Below are positions 38,740 through 51,318 of a stretch of DNA of 64,000 nt, one piece after another. This DNA is from Scyliorhinus canicula. Its lineage: Eukaryota. The stretch covers positions 124,001-188,000 of the forward strand of contig NW_024055900.1 of NCBI RefSeq assembly GCF_902713615.1, in the 5' to 3' direction. The first letter of the stretch is position 1, and the number at the start of each line of letters is the position of its first letter. The translations under genes and the position numbers were made by a program. Below the pieces are notes generated by a model. The model was not told the DNA's origin and did no database searches. It saw nothing but the letters and a program-made list of their open reading frames with translations.

Positions 38740-41700
38740 ACACAAGCACACACACAGGCACAAAACAAACTCACTCACAGAGAGAATAACACACACGAAT
38801 ACACTCATACACACTCTGACATTGGATCACACGTACACTAATAAGGGTCAAAATGTAAAGTCACCGTAGTCCCAGATTACCACAGGCTGTTTTCCCCTTT
38901 GAGGGGGAGAGCTGACTGGTGGTGATTTAACCTGGCGATCACCACACTTCAGGCGAGGGGCAAGGTTGAGAAGACAGGGCCTTCAGGAATAACCTCTGCG
39001 GCACTAACATATACTATTCTAGGCAGACATCGGCTCAGGCACACACACACACAAACAGATTCCCCGACAGACACGCACACAAACACATTCACACACACAT
39101 ACACAAACATTCATAGAAAGACAAAGCTTCACGGACATGCAAAAGAATACACCCACACAGACACCCTGACACAAGGGTTTGGTTTAGCTCACTGGGCTAA
39201 ATCGCTGGCTTTTAAAGCAGACCAAGGCAGGCCAGCAGCACAGTTCGATTCCCCTACCAGCCTTCCTGGACAGGCGCCTGAATGTGGCGACTAGGGGCTT
39301 TTCACAGTAACTTCATTGAAGCCTACTCGTGACAATAAGCGATTTTTATTTCATTTTTCACAAGGTAGCAGGCACGGGCATCGACACATTCGCAAACCCA
39401 CTCTCTCCTACACGTACACTTGTTGCGACGAATGATATTGCACAAAACCAAACCCCCACTCACACAGGCACTGATATATATGCGGACACAGCCAAACACA
39501 GTTACACTCACAAAGACATGTGCACGAATTCATGCATACACATGAGACACGAAGACACAGATTGAAACACATACGCAGAGCAATATAGACGCAGGCTGAC
39601 ACAAAATTACTCAAGTGAAGATCCACATAAACACAAAAATGCAGACACAAACAGACACCCACCCACACAAGATCATTTATATGCACTTACATGCAACGAC
39701 AAATGCTCACACACACACATACCTAAAACACAGGCACCCGCACATATATGGACACAGGAACACACAAAGCTCCATGGATTAAGATGCACAACCAGAAACA
39801 TGCAGACACAACCACACACGCACAAAGACTGATACAAGATTACTCACAGAAATACACGCACCCTCTGTAACGCACACGAACAAACTCAAACACAAAGTGA
39901 CAGAAGATCACTGCCATCAAAGTATTACGCAAATACACATACAAATGCAGATACAAGCATGCAGATACAGAAGGTGACACACATGCACACAAAAAAATCA
40001 CATACACACGAGATCACGGACAAACTATACACCCTTCAAATTTATATACACTGGTGCAAAATTATACACATAAATACACATACACACAACAGAAACACAG
40101 AGAGAAACACACACAAAGTGAATCAAGATCTCTGACACAAGCAATAATGCACAGGACACACAGAGACACGCCAACACATTGACACAGACAAGATCACGCT
40201 CAATCACTTATCCGAGTGCACACGCAAACATACCGACACAAATGTACAAGCATAAACCACTCGCACTCATACGGTCATGAACTGAAAAGCACAGACGCCC
40301 ATCATACACACATACAGACGCAGACACTGCTCAAGATCACTCACACCCATACAAATTCAACCACACAAGGGCACACAAGCACAGACGCGCACATATAGAG
40401 TGACACAAAATTACAAACCCATACTCACTGACACAAGATTACTCATACACATTAACACACACGCTCACAGGACACAAGATTACTCACACACAGAAACATT
40501 CACACGTGAAGTGACACATACACGGACACACAGAGGCACAGACTAATACTGTCAAAGGTCACTGACATAATTATGCCAGAGCATCACACAAATGCACAAC
40601 GTGAAACGTGAACACACAGACAATAACACACATGCACAAGCTGACATGCCAGGATAGGACACACAAGTACACATTCACACAGCAAGACGCAAGTGTACAC
40701 ACTATAGCACACACAATTACACTGACATAAGATCACACACAGCACACAAGCATGTGCACGTACGCAGAGGCACAGGTATGCACACATTCATACGGACATG
40801 TAAACACACCCATGCACGTACACACAAGCACACTGACACAAAATCACTTGCACGCATTCACACAAAGAACACAAAAACAGACACCGACACACGATCACAC
40901 AAACTCAGAGCATACGCACGAACACAGAAAACTAGACAGACACACAGATAGAGACATATAGGCAAACATACATGTACGTAAACACTCACTGACACAGAGA
41001 CGTAGGCACAGACACACGATCACTCACACATTCACCCGGGTACACATACATTGGGAAATGCACACATGTGCCACACGCACACTCGCAGACAGAGAGAAAT
41101 ACAAACAAAAGCACAAGGACACATGCACACACAGGGACGCACAGACGTAGATACACAAACAAACTAACACACACAGTTGTGCACGCCAATAGACACAAAC
41201 ACAGAAATACACTCCAAGAGGCACACATAACTATGGACGAAAACATATACACAGATAAACACACATGTACATACCCATAAACTCACACACACAAACCCAC
41301 AGAAACCTGAAGACATGTAAATGCCCACAAAATCATATCTATACGCACACACTAATACATACGTATAAACACCGAAGAATACAGAGATGCACATGCACAA
41401 ATTGGGCAAGATTATTTGCCCTCTCCGAGGCGGATTTTGCAGTGGCGAGATCTTCTGGTCTCATAGAATTTACAGTGCAGAAGGAGGTCATCCGGCCCAT
41501 GGCGTCTGCACCGGCTCTTGGAAAGAACACCCGAACCAAGGTCAACACCTCCACCCTATCCCCATAACCCAGTAACCCCACCCAACACTAAGGGCAATTT
41601 TGGACACTAAGGGCAATTTATCATGGCCAATCCACCTAACCCGCACATATTTGGACTGTGGGAGGAAATCGCAGCACCCGGAGGAAACCCACGCACACAA

Positions 41701-42560
41701 GGGGAAGATGTGGAGACTCCGCACAGACAGTGACCCAAGACAGAATCGAACCTGGGACCCTGGAGCTGTGAAGCAATGGTGGTATCCACAATGCTACCAT
41801 GCTGCCCCTCGCTGCCATTAATGTGATTTCCCATTGAATCCACCTCACGCCGCCGTGAAACCCACGGTGGTGGTGAGCCATTGGTGGAAGCGGAAGCGGA
41901 AGATCCCAATCTTGAACAGCCAGAAGATCTGGCCCTATAATATTTACAGAAACCCACACCTAAGAAAACACACATGCGCACATAAAGATATGCATAGATG
42001 CACATACAATACACAAAGGTTCATACAAACACAATCCCATTAGCAGAATGATAGAATCTCGTGCATAAGTATTGCCATATTCATTGTTATACTTTTAAGA
42101 ACACCGAAGTTTAGCCATAAAATACACAATCACGTAGATTAATGCAGGCACTTTATGCAACGTTATGAAATCTTTGATACAAGGACACATAAATAATATT
42201 TTCAGACATTGAGAAGATATAACAATTAATATGGTTACACAGACACACACACATAAACACACGCAACAATACACATGTGCACGTAAACAGATGTCATCAC
42301 AAAGTTATCAATGTTCATCGACACATAAAGTCAACCAATAACACATAGAGGCACTCATGGGAGCACCGGCATGCGAGTGTCACCGTGTGTGAGTGATCAT
42401 CATTAAACTAACAACGTAAAAATATATATAAACAGATGTATTAACAGCATTGACCCACTTTAGCACAAATGTGAATATGGAAATCTGAACATCAAAACAT
42501 CAGCAAACTGATAAATGCACTCACATACACACAGTTGTCGATGAACAGACTTACACTCAC
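38740..42560. repeat. Long CA-rich degenerate low-complexity tract in the CH4-TM1 intron, interrupted by SINEs
   Basis: About 3.5 kb of imperfect ACAC/ACAGACAC motifs, A+C-rich on +. Confidence 0.85.
41465..41812 (-). mobile_element. V-SINE inserted in a possible Harbinger-type MITE (~41403-41935)
   Basis: The SINE is clear. The flanks begin gggcaagatt and end agatctggccc (imperfect inverted termini), so the MITE call is weak. Confidence 0.6.
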
Positions 42561-42599
42561 AGAAACAAGCATGAAAATAATCGTATCAACACTCGTATC

Positions 42600-44660
42600 A
42601 CACATAAGACCAGAAGACCTAGGAGCAGAATTAGGCCACTCGGCTCATCGAGTCTGCTACGCCATTCAATCATGGCTGATATTTTTCTCATCACCATCCC
42701 CCTGCCTTCTCCCCATAATCCATGATCTCCTTATTAATCAAGAACCTATCTACCTCTGTACTAAAGACACTCAATGATTTGGCCTCCACAAGCTTCTGTG
42801 TTAAAGAGTCCCCAAAAATTCACCATCCTCTGACTGAAGAACGTCCTCCTCACCTCTGTTTTAACTGATCGTCCCTTCAATCTGAGATTGTGTCTTCTGG
42901 TTCTGTTTTTTCCTACAAGTGGAAACATCCTCTTCACATCCACCATATCCTCTATCCTCGCAGTATCCTGTAAGTGTCAAGCCCAGATTCCTGAACCGTT
43001 CCTCATACAGAAAGCGCATAATTCCAGGGATCATTCCTGTGAATCTCCTCTGGACCCTTTCCAAGGCCAGCATATACTTCCTTAAATACGGAGCCCCAAA
43101 CTGCTCACAGTACTACAAACGTATTCTCGCCCTTTCGACATTGCATTTGCCTTCCCGACTGCCGATTGAACCTACACATTAACCTGAAGAGAATTTTGAA
43201 CAAGGACGTCCAAGTCCCCTTGTGGTCTGATTCCCTAAGAATTTCCCCGTTCAGAAAATAGTCTGTGCCCACATTCCTCCTTCAAATGTGCATAACCTCA
43301 TACTTTTCCATATTGTATTCCATCTGCCATTTCTTTGCCCATTTTCCTAGCCTGTCCAAGTTCTCTGCAGGCCCTCTGTTTCCTCAATACTACCTGTCCC
43401 TCTACAGACCTTTGTATCATCTACCAACTTAGAAACAATGGCCTCAGTTCCTTCTTGCTGATCAATAATGTATATCGTGAAAAGTTGTGGTCCCAGCACC
43501 GACCCCTAAGGCACACCACTAGTCACCGGCTGCCATCGTGAAAAAAAACCCTTTATCCACATTCTCTGCCCTCTGCCAGCCACCTAATTCTCTATCCATT
43601 TCATGATCTTAGTCTTAACACCATGGGCTCTTAACCTATTTAAGTCTCCTATGCGGCACCTTGCCAAAGGCCTTCTGGAAATCTAAATGAATCACGTCCA
43701 CTGTTTCTCCTTTGTATAACTTCTTTGTTACCCCCTCAAAGAACTCTAACAGATTTGTCAGGCATGACCTCCCTTTGACAAAGCTGTGCTCACTCAGTCC
43801 TATTTTATTATGCACTTCCAAGTATTCCGCCATCTAATCTTTAATAATGAACTCTAAAATATTACCAATCACCGAAGTCAGTCTAACCTGCCTATAATTT
43901 CCCGTCTTCTGCCTCCCTTCATTCCGAAACAGTGTTGCTGCATTAGCTACTTTCCAGTCTACTGGGACCCTCCCTGCCTCCAGTGATTCCTTAGAAATCA
44001 CCACCAATGCCTCAACAATCTCCTCGGCTATCTATTTTAGAATCCTGGTGTGGAGTCCATCCGGTCCAGGTGATATATCCACCTTCAGACTTTCAGTTTC
44101 CCCAGAACGTTCTCCTTAGTGATGGTCACTACACTCAGCTGTGCCTCCTGATTCTCCCGGAGTTTTGGCATCCCACTGGTGTCTTCCACCGTGAAGACTG
44201 ATGCAAAGCAACTATTCAGTTCCTCCGCCACTTCTTTGTTCCCTATTATTACTTCTCCAGCCTCATTTCAATGTCTATTTCTGTCTCTCTTACCTTTTGT
44301 ATATTGAAAAAAACTCTTCCTATCTTCTTTGATATTACGAGCTGGCGTGCACTCATATTTCATCTTCTCCCCTTATTGCTTTTTTAATTGTCCTCTGCCT
44401 GTTTTTAAAGGCTTCCCAATCCTCTGACTTCTTACTAATCCTCGTCACTTTGTATGCTTTTTGTTTTGTTTTGATGCTGTCCTTGACTTCCCTCGTCAGC
44501 CATGGATGCCTTGTCCTCCCTTGAGCATGTTTCCTCCTCATGTGATGGATTAATGTTGTGACCTCCGAACAACCCCCAACACCTCCTGCCATTACTGTTC
44601 CATTGAAGTCTTTCCTGTTAGGCTCCTTTTTCAATCAAGTCTAGCCAGCTCCTCCCTCAT
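42600..44660 (-). mobile_element. Degraded CR1 LINE ORF2 fragments
   Basis: Fragments LALERVQRRFTGMIPG, KGRSCLTNLLEFFE..DFQKAF and PWLTREVK parallel the intact ORF2, with internal deletions. Confidence 0.85.
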
Positions 44661-45000
44661 GTCTTTGAATAGACATTAACAGTCATAATAATAATAACCT
44701 TTATTATTGTTACACGTAGGCGAACAGTAACCGAGCAATGAAGTTACCGTGAAAATGTCCTAGTAGTCACACTCCGGCGCCTGTTCGGGTAAACAGAGGG
44801 AAATCTCAGAATGTCCAATTCAACTAACCTGCACATCTTCGGACTGTGGGAGGAAACCGGAGCATCCCGAGGAAACTCAAGCAGACGGGGGAGAACGAGC
44901 AGACTCCGCACAGACAGTGACCCAAGTCGGGAATCGCACCCGAATGCCTGGAGTTGTGAAGCAATTGTGCTAACCAATGTGCTACCATGCCGTCCATAAT

Positions 45001-45031
<31 letters not shown>

Positions 45032-45409
45032 AAATACCAGGCACTAGCGTCTCGTCGGGATATCAATTGGAATGTAGTTTTTCAATGGATGCATCCTCCG
45101 CAAAACTTACAGGCACTCCTACCATAACCATCAGAATATTCTTCGGTTGTAATCGTGCCTCATTCTTTCGAAAGAAAAGGCACTGGCAAAAAAACCGCAT
45201 TTTTCGTGTGAAGAATGTTCAGGAAAAACAGTTTCGGTGTTAGGAACTAACAACGATTGTTAAAAGCCACTAACTTAATAAAATGGGAATTGGACATTAA
45301 AGTAGACGAAATGCAATAGATTGTCGAAGATATAACAGAAGTAATAAAGAAATGGACATGCTGGGTTAATAAACTATCTAATTATACTTACTCGGTAACA
45401 TCCTTGTAG

Positions 45410-45537
45410 ATACCACAGATCGCATCTGGATTGAAGACTATGGAGATGATAACAGCAACATCTGGACAACCGCTTCCACATTCATCACCCTGTTCTTCTT
45501 CAGCATGTCCTACAGCGCTGCAGTCACTTTGGTGAAG
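45410..45537 (+). CDS. IGHM: IgM transmembrane exon TM1
   Basis: Acceptor ccttgtAG|, donor |GTgaga. Protein (D)TTDRIWIEDYGDDNSNIWTTASTFITLFFFSMSYSAAVTLVK carries the CART-type TM motif. Confidence 0.93.
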
Positions 45538-45675
45538 GTGAGAAGATTCAATCCACTCATAGTTAAGTCCAACAGAAGCTGTTCAAAAATATCCCAATGT
45601 TTCATTCATTCCAAACGCTATAATTAATTTCGCAGATCACAAACGTCTATTTCATTATTTTATCCTCTTTTACAG

Positions 45676-45684
45676 ATCAAGTGA
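45676..45684 (+). CDS. IGHM: IgM TM2 exon (IK-stop; cytoplasmic tail KIK)
   Basis: cctcttttacAG|ATC AAG TGA after a 138-nt intron. Confidence 0.85.
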   Translation: MK

Positions 45685-46494
45685 TGCACTGAATTGCGAA
45701 TTGCAGACGCCGTAGATTTTCTTGACTTGTTTATTATGATTTCCGCATTCCGAACTATAAATTTGCACTCTTGATCATTCAAAAATTGAAATCTTTCAGT
45801 TTGCGATTCCAAACTACAACTAGGCCATCATGGACAGCATTCCCGTTTTTCCATTTGTAATGTGAAGATGTTCATACTTTTTTTAAAATTTAGATTAGCC
45901 AATTATTTTTTCCAATTAAGGGGCAATTTAGCGTGGCCAATCCACCTACTCTGCACATGTTTTGAGTTGTAGGGGCGAAACCCACGCAGACACGGGGAGA
46001 ATGTGCAAACTCCACACAGACAGTGACGCAGAGCCGGGATCGAACCTGGGACCTCAGCACCGTGAGGCAGTTGTGCTAACCACTAGGCCACCGTGCTGCC
46101 CTAGATGTTCATCCTTAATGTGTACCAGGCAGCAAACAGAATACAGAAGCTCAATATAAATTGAAGGGAACAATATTGAATAATAAATTAGAAAAGTTAC
46201 TTATTTTTACTTTGATTGCAATCTACTGGAAAATTCGAAGCTATAATTACATTGCCGGCACACTGTTGGGTGTGTTAATGTCTCTGCTTATGGCAGCTCA
46301 GCACGCATAAACTCTGTTTTCATTGTGGCGCTCAATCATTATATTCACGATTGTTAACTTTAAAATAAGCGTTTCTGCAAACTGTGCTCTCAAATTATTA
46401 ATTAATCTTAAATGAAAATGAATTATGACTTTGATTAATTGCTTTTTCGAAGATCCATCAACCACGTTTCGTTTTATCCATTAAAAATCCACGA

Positions 46495-47745
46495 TACCCA
46501 GGGATCGTATCTCCCTGCTCCATTCCCTCTAACACCATCCACCTGAACTCACTGAACATCACCCCAGGGATCCTCCCTCCTTGCTCGATTTCCTCTGATA
46601 CCATCCCCCTGAACTCACTGAACATCACCCCAGGGATCCTCTCTCCCTGCTCCATTCCCTCTGATACCATACCCCTTAACTCATTGAGCATCACCCCAGG
46701 GATCCTCTCTCCCGGCTCCATTCATTCTGCTATTATCCCCCTTAACTTACTGAACATCACCCCAGGGATCCTCTCTACCTGCTCCATTCCCTCTGATACC
46801 ATCCCCCTTAACTCATTGAACATCACTCCAGTGATATTCTCTCCCGGCTCCATTCCCTCTAATACCACCCCTCTTAACTCACTGAACATCACCCCAGGGA
46901 TCCTCGCTTCCTGCTCAATTTCCTCTGATACCACAGAACATAGAACAGTCCAGCACAGAACAGGCCCTTTGGTCCTCGATGTTGTGCTGAGCAATGATCA
47001 CCCTACTCAAACCCACGTATCCACCCTATACCCGTAACCCAACAACCCCCCCCCCCCCTTAATCTTACTTTTAAGGACACTACGGGCAATTTAGCATGGC
47101 CAATACACCTAACCCGCACATCTTTGGACTGTGGGAGGAAACCGGAGCACCCGGAGGAAACCCACGCACACATGGGGAGGACGTGCAGACTCCGCACAGA
47201 CAGTGACCCAGCCGGGAATCAAACCTGGGACCCTGGAGCTGTGACACATTTATGCTAACCACCATGCTACCGTGCTGCCCAGAAACCATCTCCCTTAACT
47301 CACTGAATATCACCTCAGGGATCCTCTCTCCCTGCTCCATTCCCTCTGATACCATCCCCTTAACTCACTGAACATCACCCCAGGGATCCTCTCTCCTTGC
47401 TCAATTTCCTCTGATACCATCCCCCTGAACTCACTGAACATCACACCAAGGATCCTCGCTTCCTGCTCCATTTCCTCTGATACCATCCCCGTTAACTCAC
47501 TGAACATCACCCCAGGGACCCTCTCTCCCTGCTCCATTCCCTCTGATACCATTGTCCTTAACTCACTGAACATCACCCCAGGGATCCTCTCTCGTTGTTC
47601 CATTCCCTCTGTTACCATCGCCCTGAACTCAATGAACATCGCCCCAGGGATCCTTTCTCCCTGCTCCTTTCCCTTTGATATCATCCCCCTGAACTCACTA
47701 AACATTAATCCCAGGGATTACCTGTCCCTGCTCCATTCCCCCTTA
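46495..47745. repeat. 66-bp minisatellite (~13 copies) split by a V-SINE at ~46937-47281
   Basis: Unit ctccattccctctgataccatcccc.ttaactcactgaacatcaccccagggatcctctctccctg; it produces 22-aa repeating pseudo-ORFs. Confidence 0.9.
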
Positions 47746-48288
47746 TTTCCGTACCTTTACTGGCCTTTAAGAAATTGGCGCTGATATTTGGAACAAAAAC
47801 TGAGCCTATTTGATGACATATTTGCTTTCTGGGTGTTTGTCTCTCCATGGGCTTCTATGGCTCTCAAATATTATGTCTTATGTGTCTGCCAAGGCGCTTA
47901 GATCCCAATTTATCTCAAATAAAACTTAATTCAAATCAGTTTTGTAGTTTCATATTCAAATCGTAGAAAGGATAAAAGTATAATTGATGTGCATAAACAT
48001 TTCTTGCTTCATTTGTTTTTTAATATAGATTGATCACCAACGTGACATCCACATGGTGCAAAATGAAGTGTGATATACATTTTCAGAAAGCAATGTTTAT
48101 ACAGACACCGAGTCGTCGTGCTTAAATTCTTAGCGTAATGGGACATCGAGAGAAATAACTTATAAATACTCCAAATTGAAACCCGCGGACATTAAAACTG
48201 TTTCTTCTGAGGCTGTATGTAACAGGAACAGTGAAATAGAGGTTCAATCGCAAATGTACATGGATGGATAGTTTATCTGGTTAGCTCA

Positions 48289-49522
48289 TGAATTTTAAAC
48301 TCACCACTATTCTTAGAATTCTCCCTATACCAAAAAAAGGTCGATATTCTAAATGGTGAACAGGGATTCTCACTTCCTGACTCCGATGCAGTCTTCGTTG
48401 GGTACTATTTAGGTCAAACTATATTTTCACGTTATCCCCCAGTATAACCCATACCTTCACCGAAGAAATTTACCTACTTACCCCTTAGTAGCATCGATGT
48501 CCTGGGTCCTACGTTGTTAATGAAGTAAAGTAGGCTAATAACCACTTTTTCAGGTTAAGTTATTTTATTATTATATATTTTCTTTTAAAAGCTGCAAACT
48601 CTTTCTTTACAGAAAGGAAAAAAAGATCTTGCTTCGGGATCCTTCTTGTTGGTTGAAGGGACCTTCAGGCCCTGGCCTTGACAATCGATCTTCTTAAAAT
48701 CTTGTCTTCTTGAGTTGTATTCGCTGGTGAACTCGGTTGCTGTGTCCTATCCTTCCCATGCACCGAGCTGTGAGAGTTGGCTCTGGTGGCTGTCCCCTTT
48801 CTTCAGATTTATATTCTCTTTCGAAGAGTCACCAAGTTTTAACGACTTTATTGTAAATGAGCTTGTTTCATTTTGATTGTCAAAAAGTATCCTTGATGCA
48901 AACATCCAAATACAACCAACTATTCACTTTGCGCACAACGTCACCTTTCAGATCTGATTTAAAAAACGCCCGGTTTCAATAGTTGTTACCTCCACTTCCT
49001 GCTTTTGAATCGCTTAATTTTCCAATTGTCCCCAGCTCATAACTTTGCCTTTGATTTTGACTTCAAATTGTGTCTCCCGTAGACAGGTCGTCTCCAATTT
49101 TCTTTTAATTGACTTGATGTCCATAGAATTTTACACTTTAGAATTTACACCAAATTCGACTGAGCATCTTCCATCCTTTCCAGCTGTTTACTAAGAGTTT
49201 ATTTCAATTAAGGTGTGAGACTTTGATTTTAGCTGTATGCTAAAATTTAACTGAGAGACTTGCCTGTTTGAAACATTCGTCAATTGAATCTCTCATCCAT
49301 GCCTTTCCAGATACTTCCTGAGATAGTTACATTCCATGAAGGTGTGAGGCATTGTTTTAGCTTACCACATGAAACCTGTGTGTTTGATAATCTGCATTTT
49401 ACAATCCTGCTCTTTGCAGCTGCTATTAACCTTTTGTGGGATCTTTCCCTGTATCCTCTCAGACCAGATATTGCCAGACTTCCATGTTTCAAATGACACA
49501 TTTTTCTGTATTTTCAAGAACA
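48289..49522 (-). repeat. 3' LTR (1234 bp)
   Basis: On - it starts TGTTCTTGAAAA and ends AAAATTCA; AATAAA on - at ~48567; aligns with 57351-58577. Confidence 0.92.
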
Positions 49523-49531
49523 CCCCGTCTT
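49523..49531 (-). promoter_or_regulatory. Polypurine tract
   Basis: AAGACGGGG on - immediately before the 3' LTR TG. Confidence 0.7.
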
Positions 49532-51318
49532 GACATTTGAAACATAACTATATAATTTGGTTAATTGTCCCTCCATCCAATTGTACTAACATATATCCCC
49601 GATCTTTGTCATTTGTATGCATGTGTTGCAATTTTAAATTTTGCACCGAAATCAATTCGTAAATGTATCCATATCTCAGACCAGTGTCGATAAGAGTCTT
49701 GTTTTTCTTCCTCAAGTCAAATTACCGTGAACCATAGCCATAGCCGCTCAGGAAGGTAATACAATTGCTTTCCGTGTGTCATTGGAATGGTAATTATGAT
49801 ATCATGTACCACCCACTGATCCCCTTGCTTCATTAATTTAAAAGGTTCATTTGATCCTGCTTATATTCCTAACATCCCCACATTAATGTCTAACATTGTC
49901 GTGAACCATGTATGTCTGCCAACCCCTGGTTTACGTGAGAGAATATCTTTCTGACAAATTTCCTTCAGATACCTTTTGTCTGTCATCGTTTCCCTTACAA
50001 CATGAAAGTGTATATTTTCCATTACAGCATTTGCAAAACCACATTGAACTGTCAGTTTTCCAAATAAATTCTCCCTATTGTTAAACACACAGTAAAAAAT
50101 TAAGTCTTATCTTAACATATTATTCATTACCTAACCACACAAATAGACTGTGTGTTACAACTTTACATATTTTCAACTGTATTCACAATTTAAATATCAG
50201 AAATAAGGTAAAATATCGAAACATCCCTTCTTCGCTTTGGGACCAATAGTCATTACATACTAAATATGATATATAAACAACATCAATATTATTTGTACTG
50301 TTCTATTTAGTTAAATCAAGAAAACACACTAAACTACGACTATTCCCTCTATTAAAACATTCACACAGTTTAGAAATGCGGATCAAGTTCTTTAACGGCA
50401 CACCTACTCCCCTTATCGTATATATATATAGCAGTCCCTATCAATTTACATGAAATTTCTTTCTTTAATAACAATTACAGCTCTTCAATGCAATATTGTT
50501 TTGCTGCATTGGTAACAATTTTCCCGCCGTGGTATCAAGCTACAAAAATTCTTAAACGATTGTCATTTATCATGTTGGGGTTCCTCGTCAGTCGCTGCTG
50601 TCTGCCGAGACCCTTAATAATTCCACCGCGTAGTACATACCCCGTGGAGACCACAGATCATCCATCAGCTAATGGCCAGTTAGAGATGTCTGACCGGAGG
50701 TTTCACTGTTCAGTAATAATTTGATATTTTGATTTGTTTCTAACCCGTAAAGTTTTCCTCCGGGCTCTTTCATTTAATTCCCTCAAATTTGTAGCCAATT
50801 GTATCATTAGATTTCCCCCAATCCTGTCTAAAAGATTCTTCTCTGGAGCGTAGTTCTCTTCCTTCTTGTAAACTGGTTCGTTATTTATTTTTTTTCCACC
50901 TGACAAATCAAATGAACAGATCAAGGGCGTAGAGGGCCCTATTCTTTAATTTGTACCTTCTGTTTTCATTTGGTTAACCCAGAAGTGCCCTCTCCAGGAC
51001 TTCCGGATTTCTTTTGCCACCATTTCTTTTTGAACTGGTTTATTTTCCATATCCTTGACGTACATCATACAATTAAGGCCTGTTAAGCCTCCTCCTTCTG
51101 TCATTGCACCCCTGAGTGCGATGCGAAGAATCTCAACCTCCTCTTTTGCTCACCCAGTGATCCAATCTGGTCAAAACCATACCCTGATACATTCCTGACA
51201 TTGCTACTGTATTTACTTTCATTACTTTATTTTGATTACGACTGGAATTTTATGAAAGTAAGATCCAAACCTGACATTTGAACTTAATCATCTGTCCAAT
51301 CAATGCTGCTAACAGGTT

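Noticed and set aside
4402-47355. Recurrent short ORFs such as MRSLHVLP..., GFPPGAPVSSHSPKMC...
   Set aside because: Reading frames of V-SINE copies, not genes.
46458-47705. 22-aa repeat protein ORFs
   Set aside because: A by-product of a 66-bp unit divisible by three; no splice or start context.
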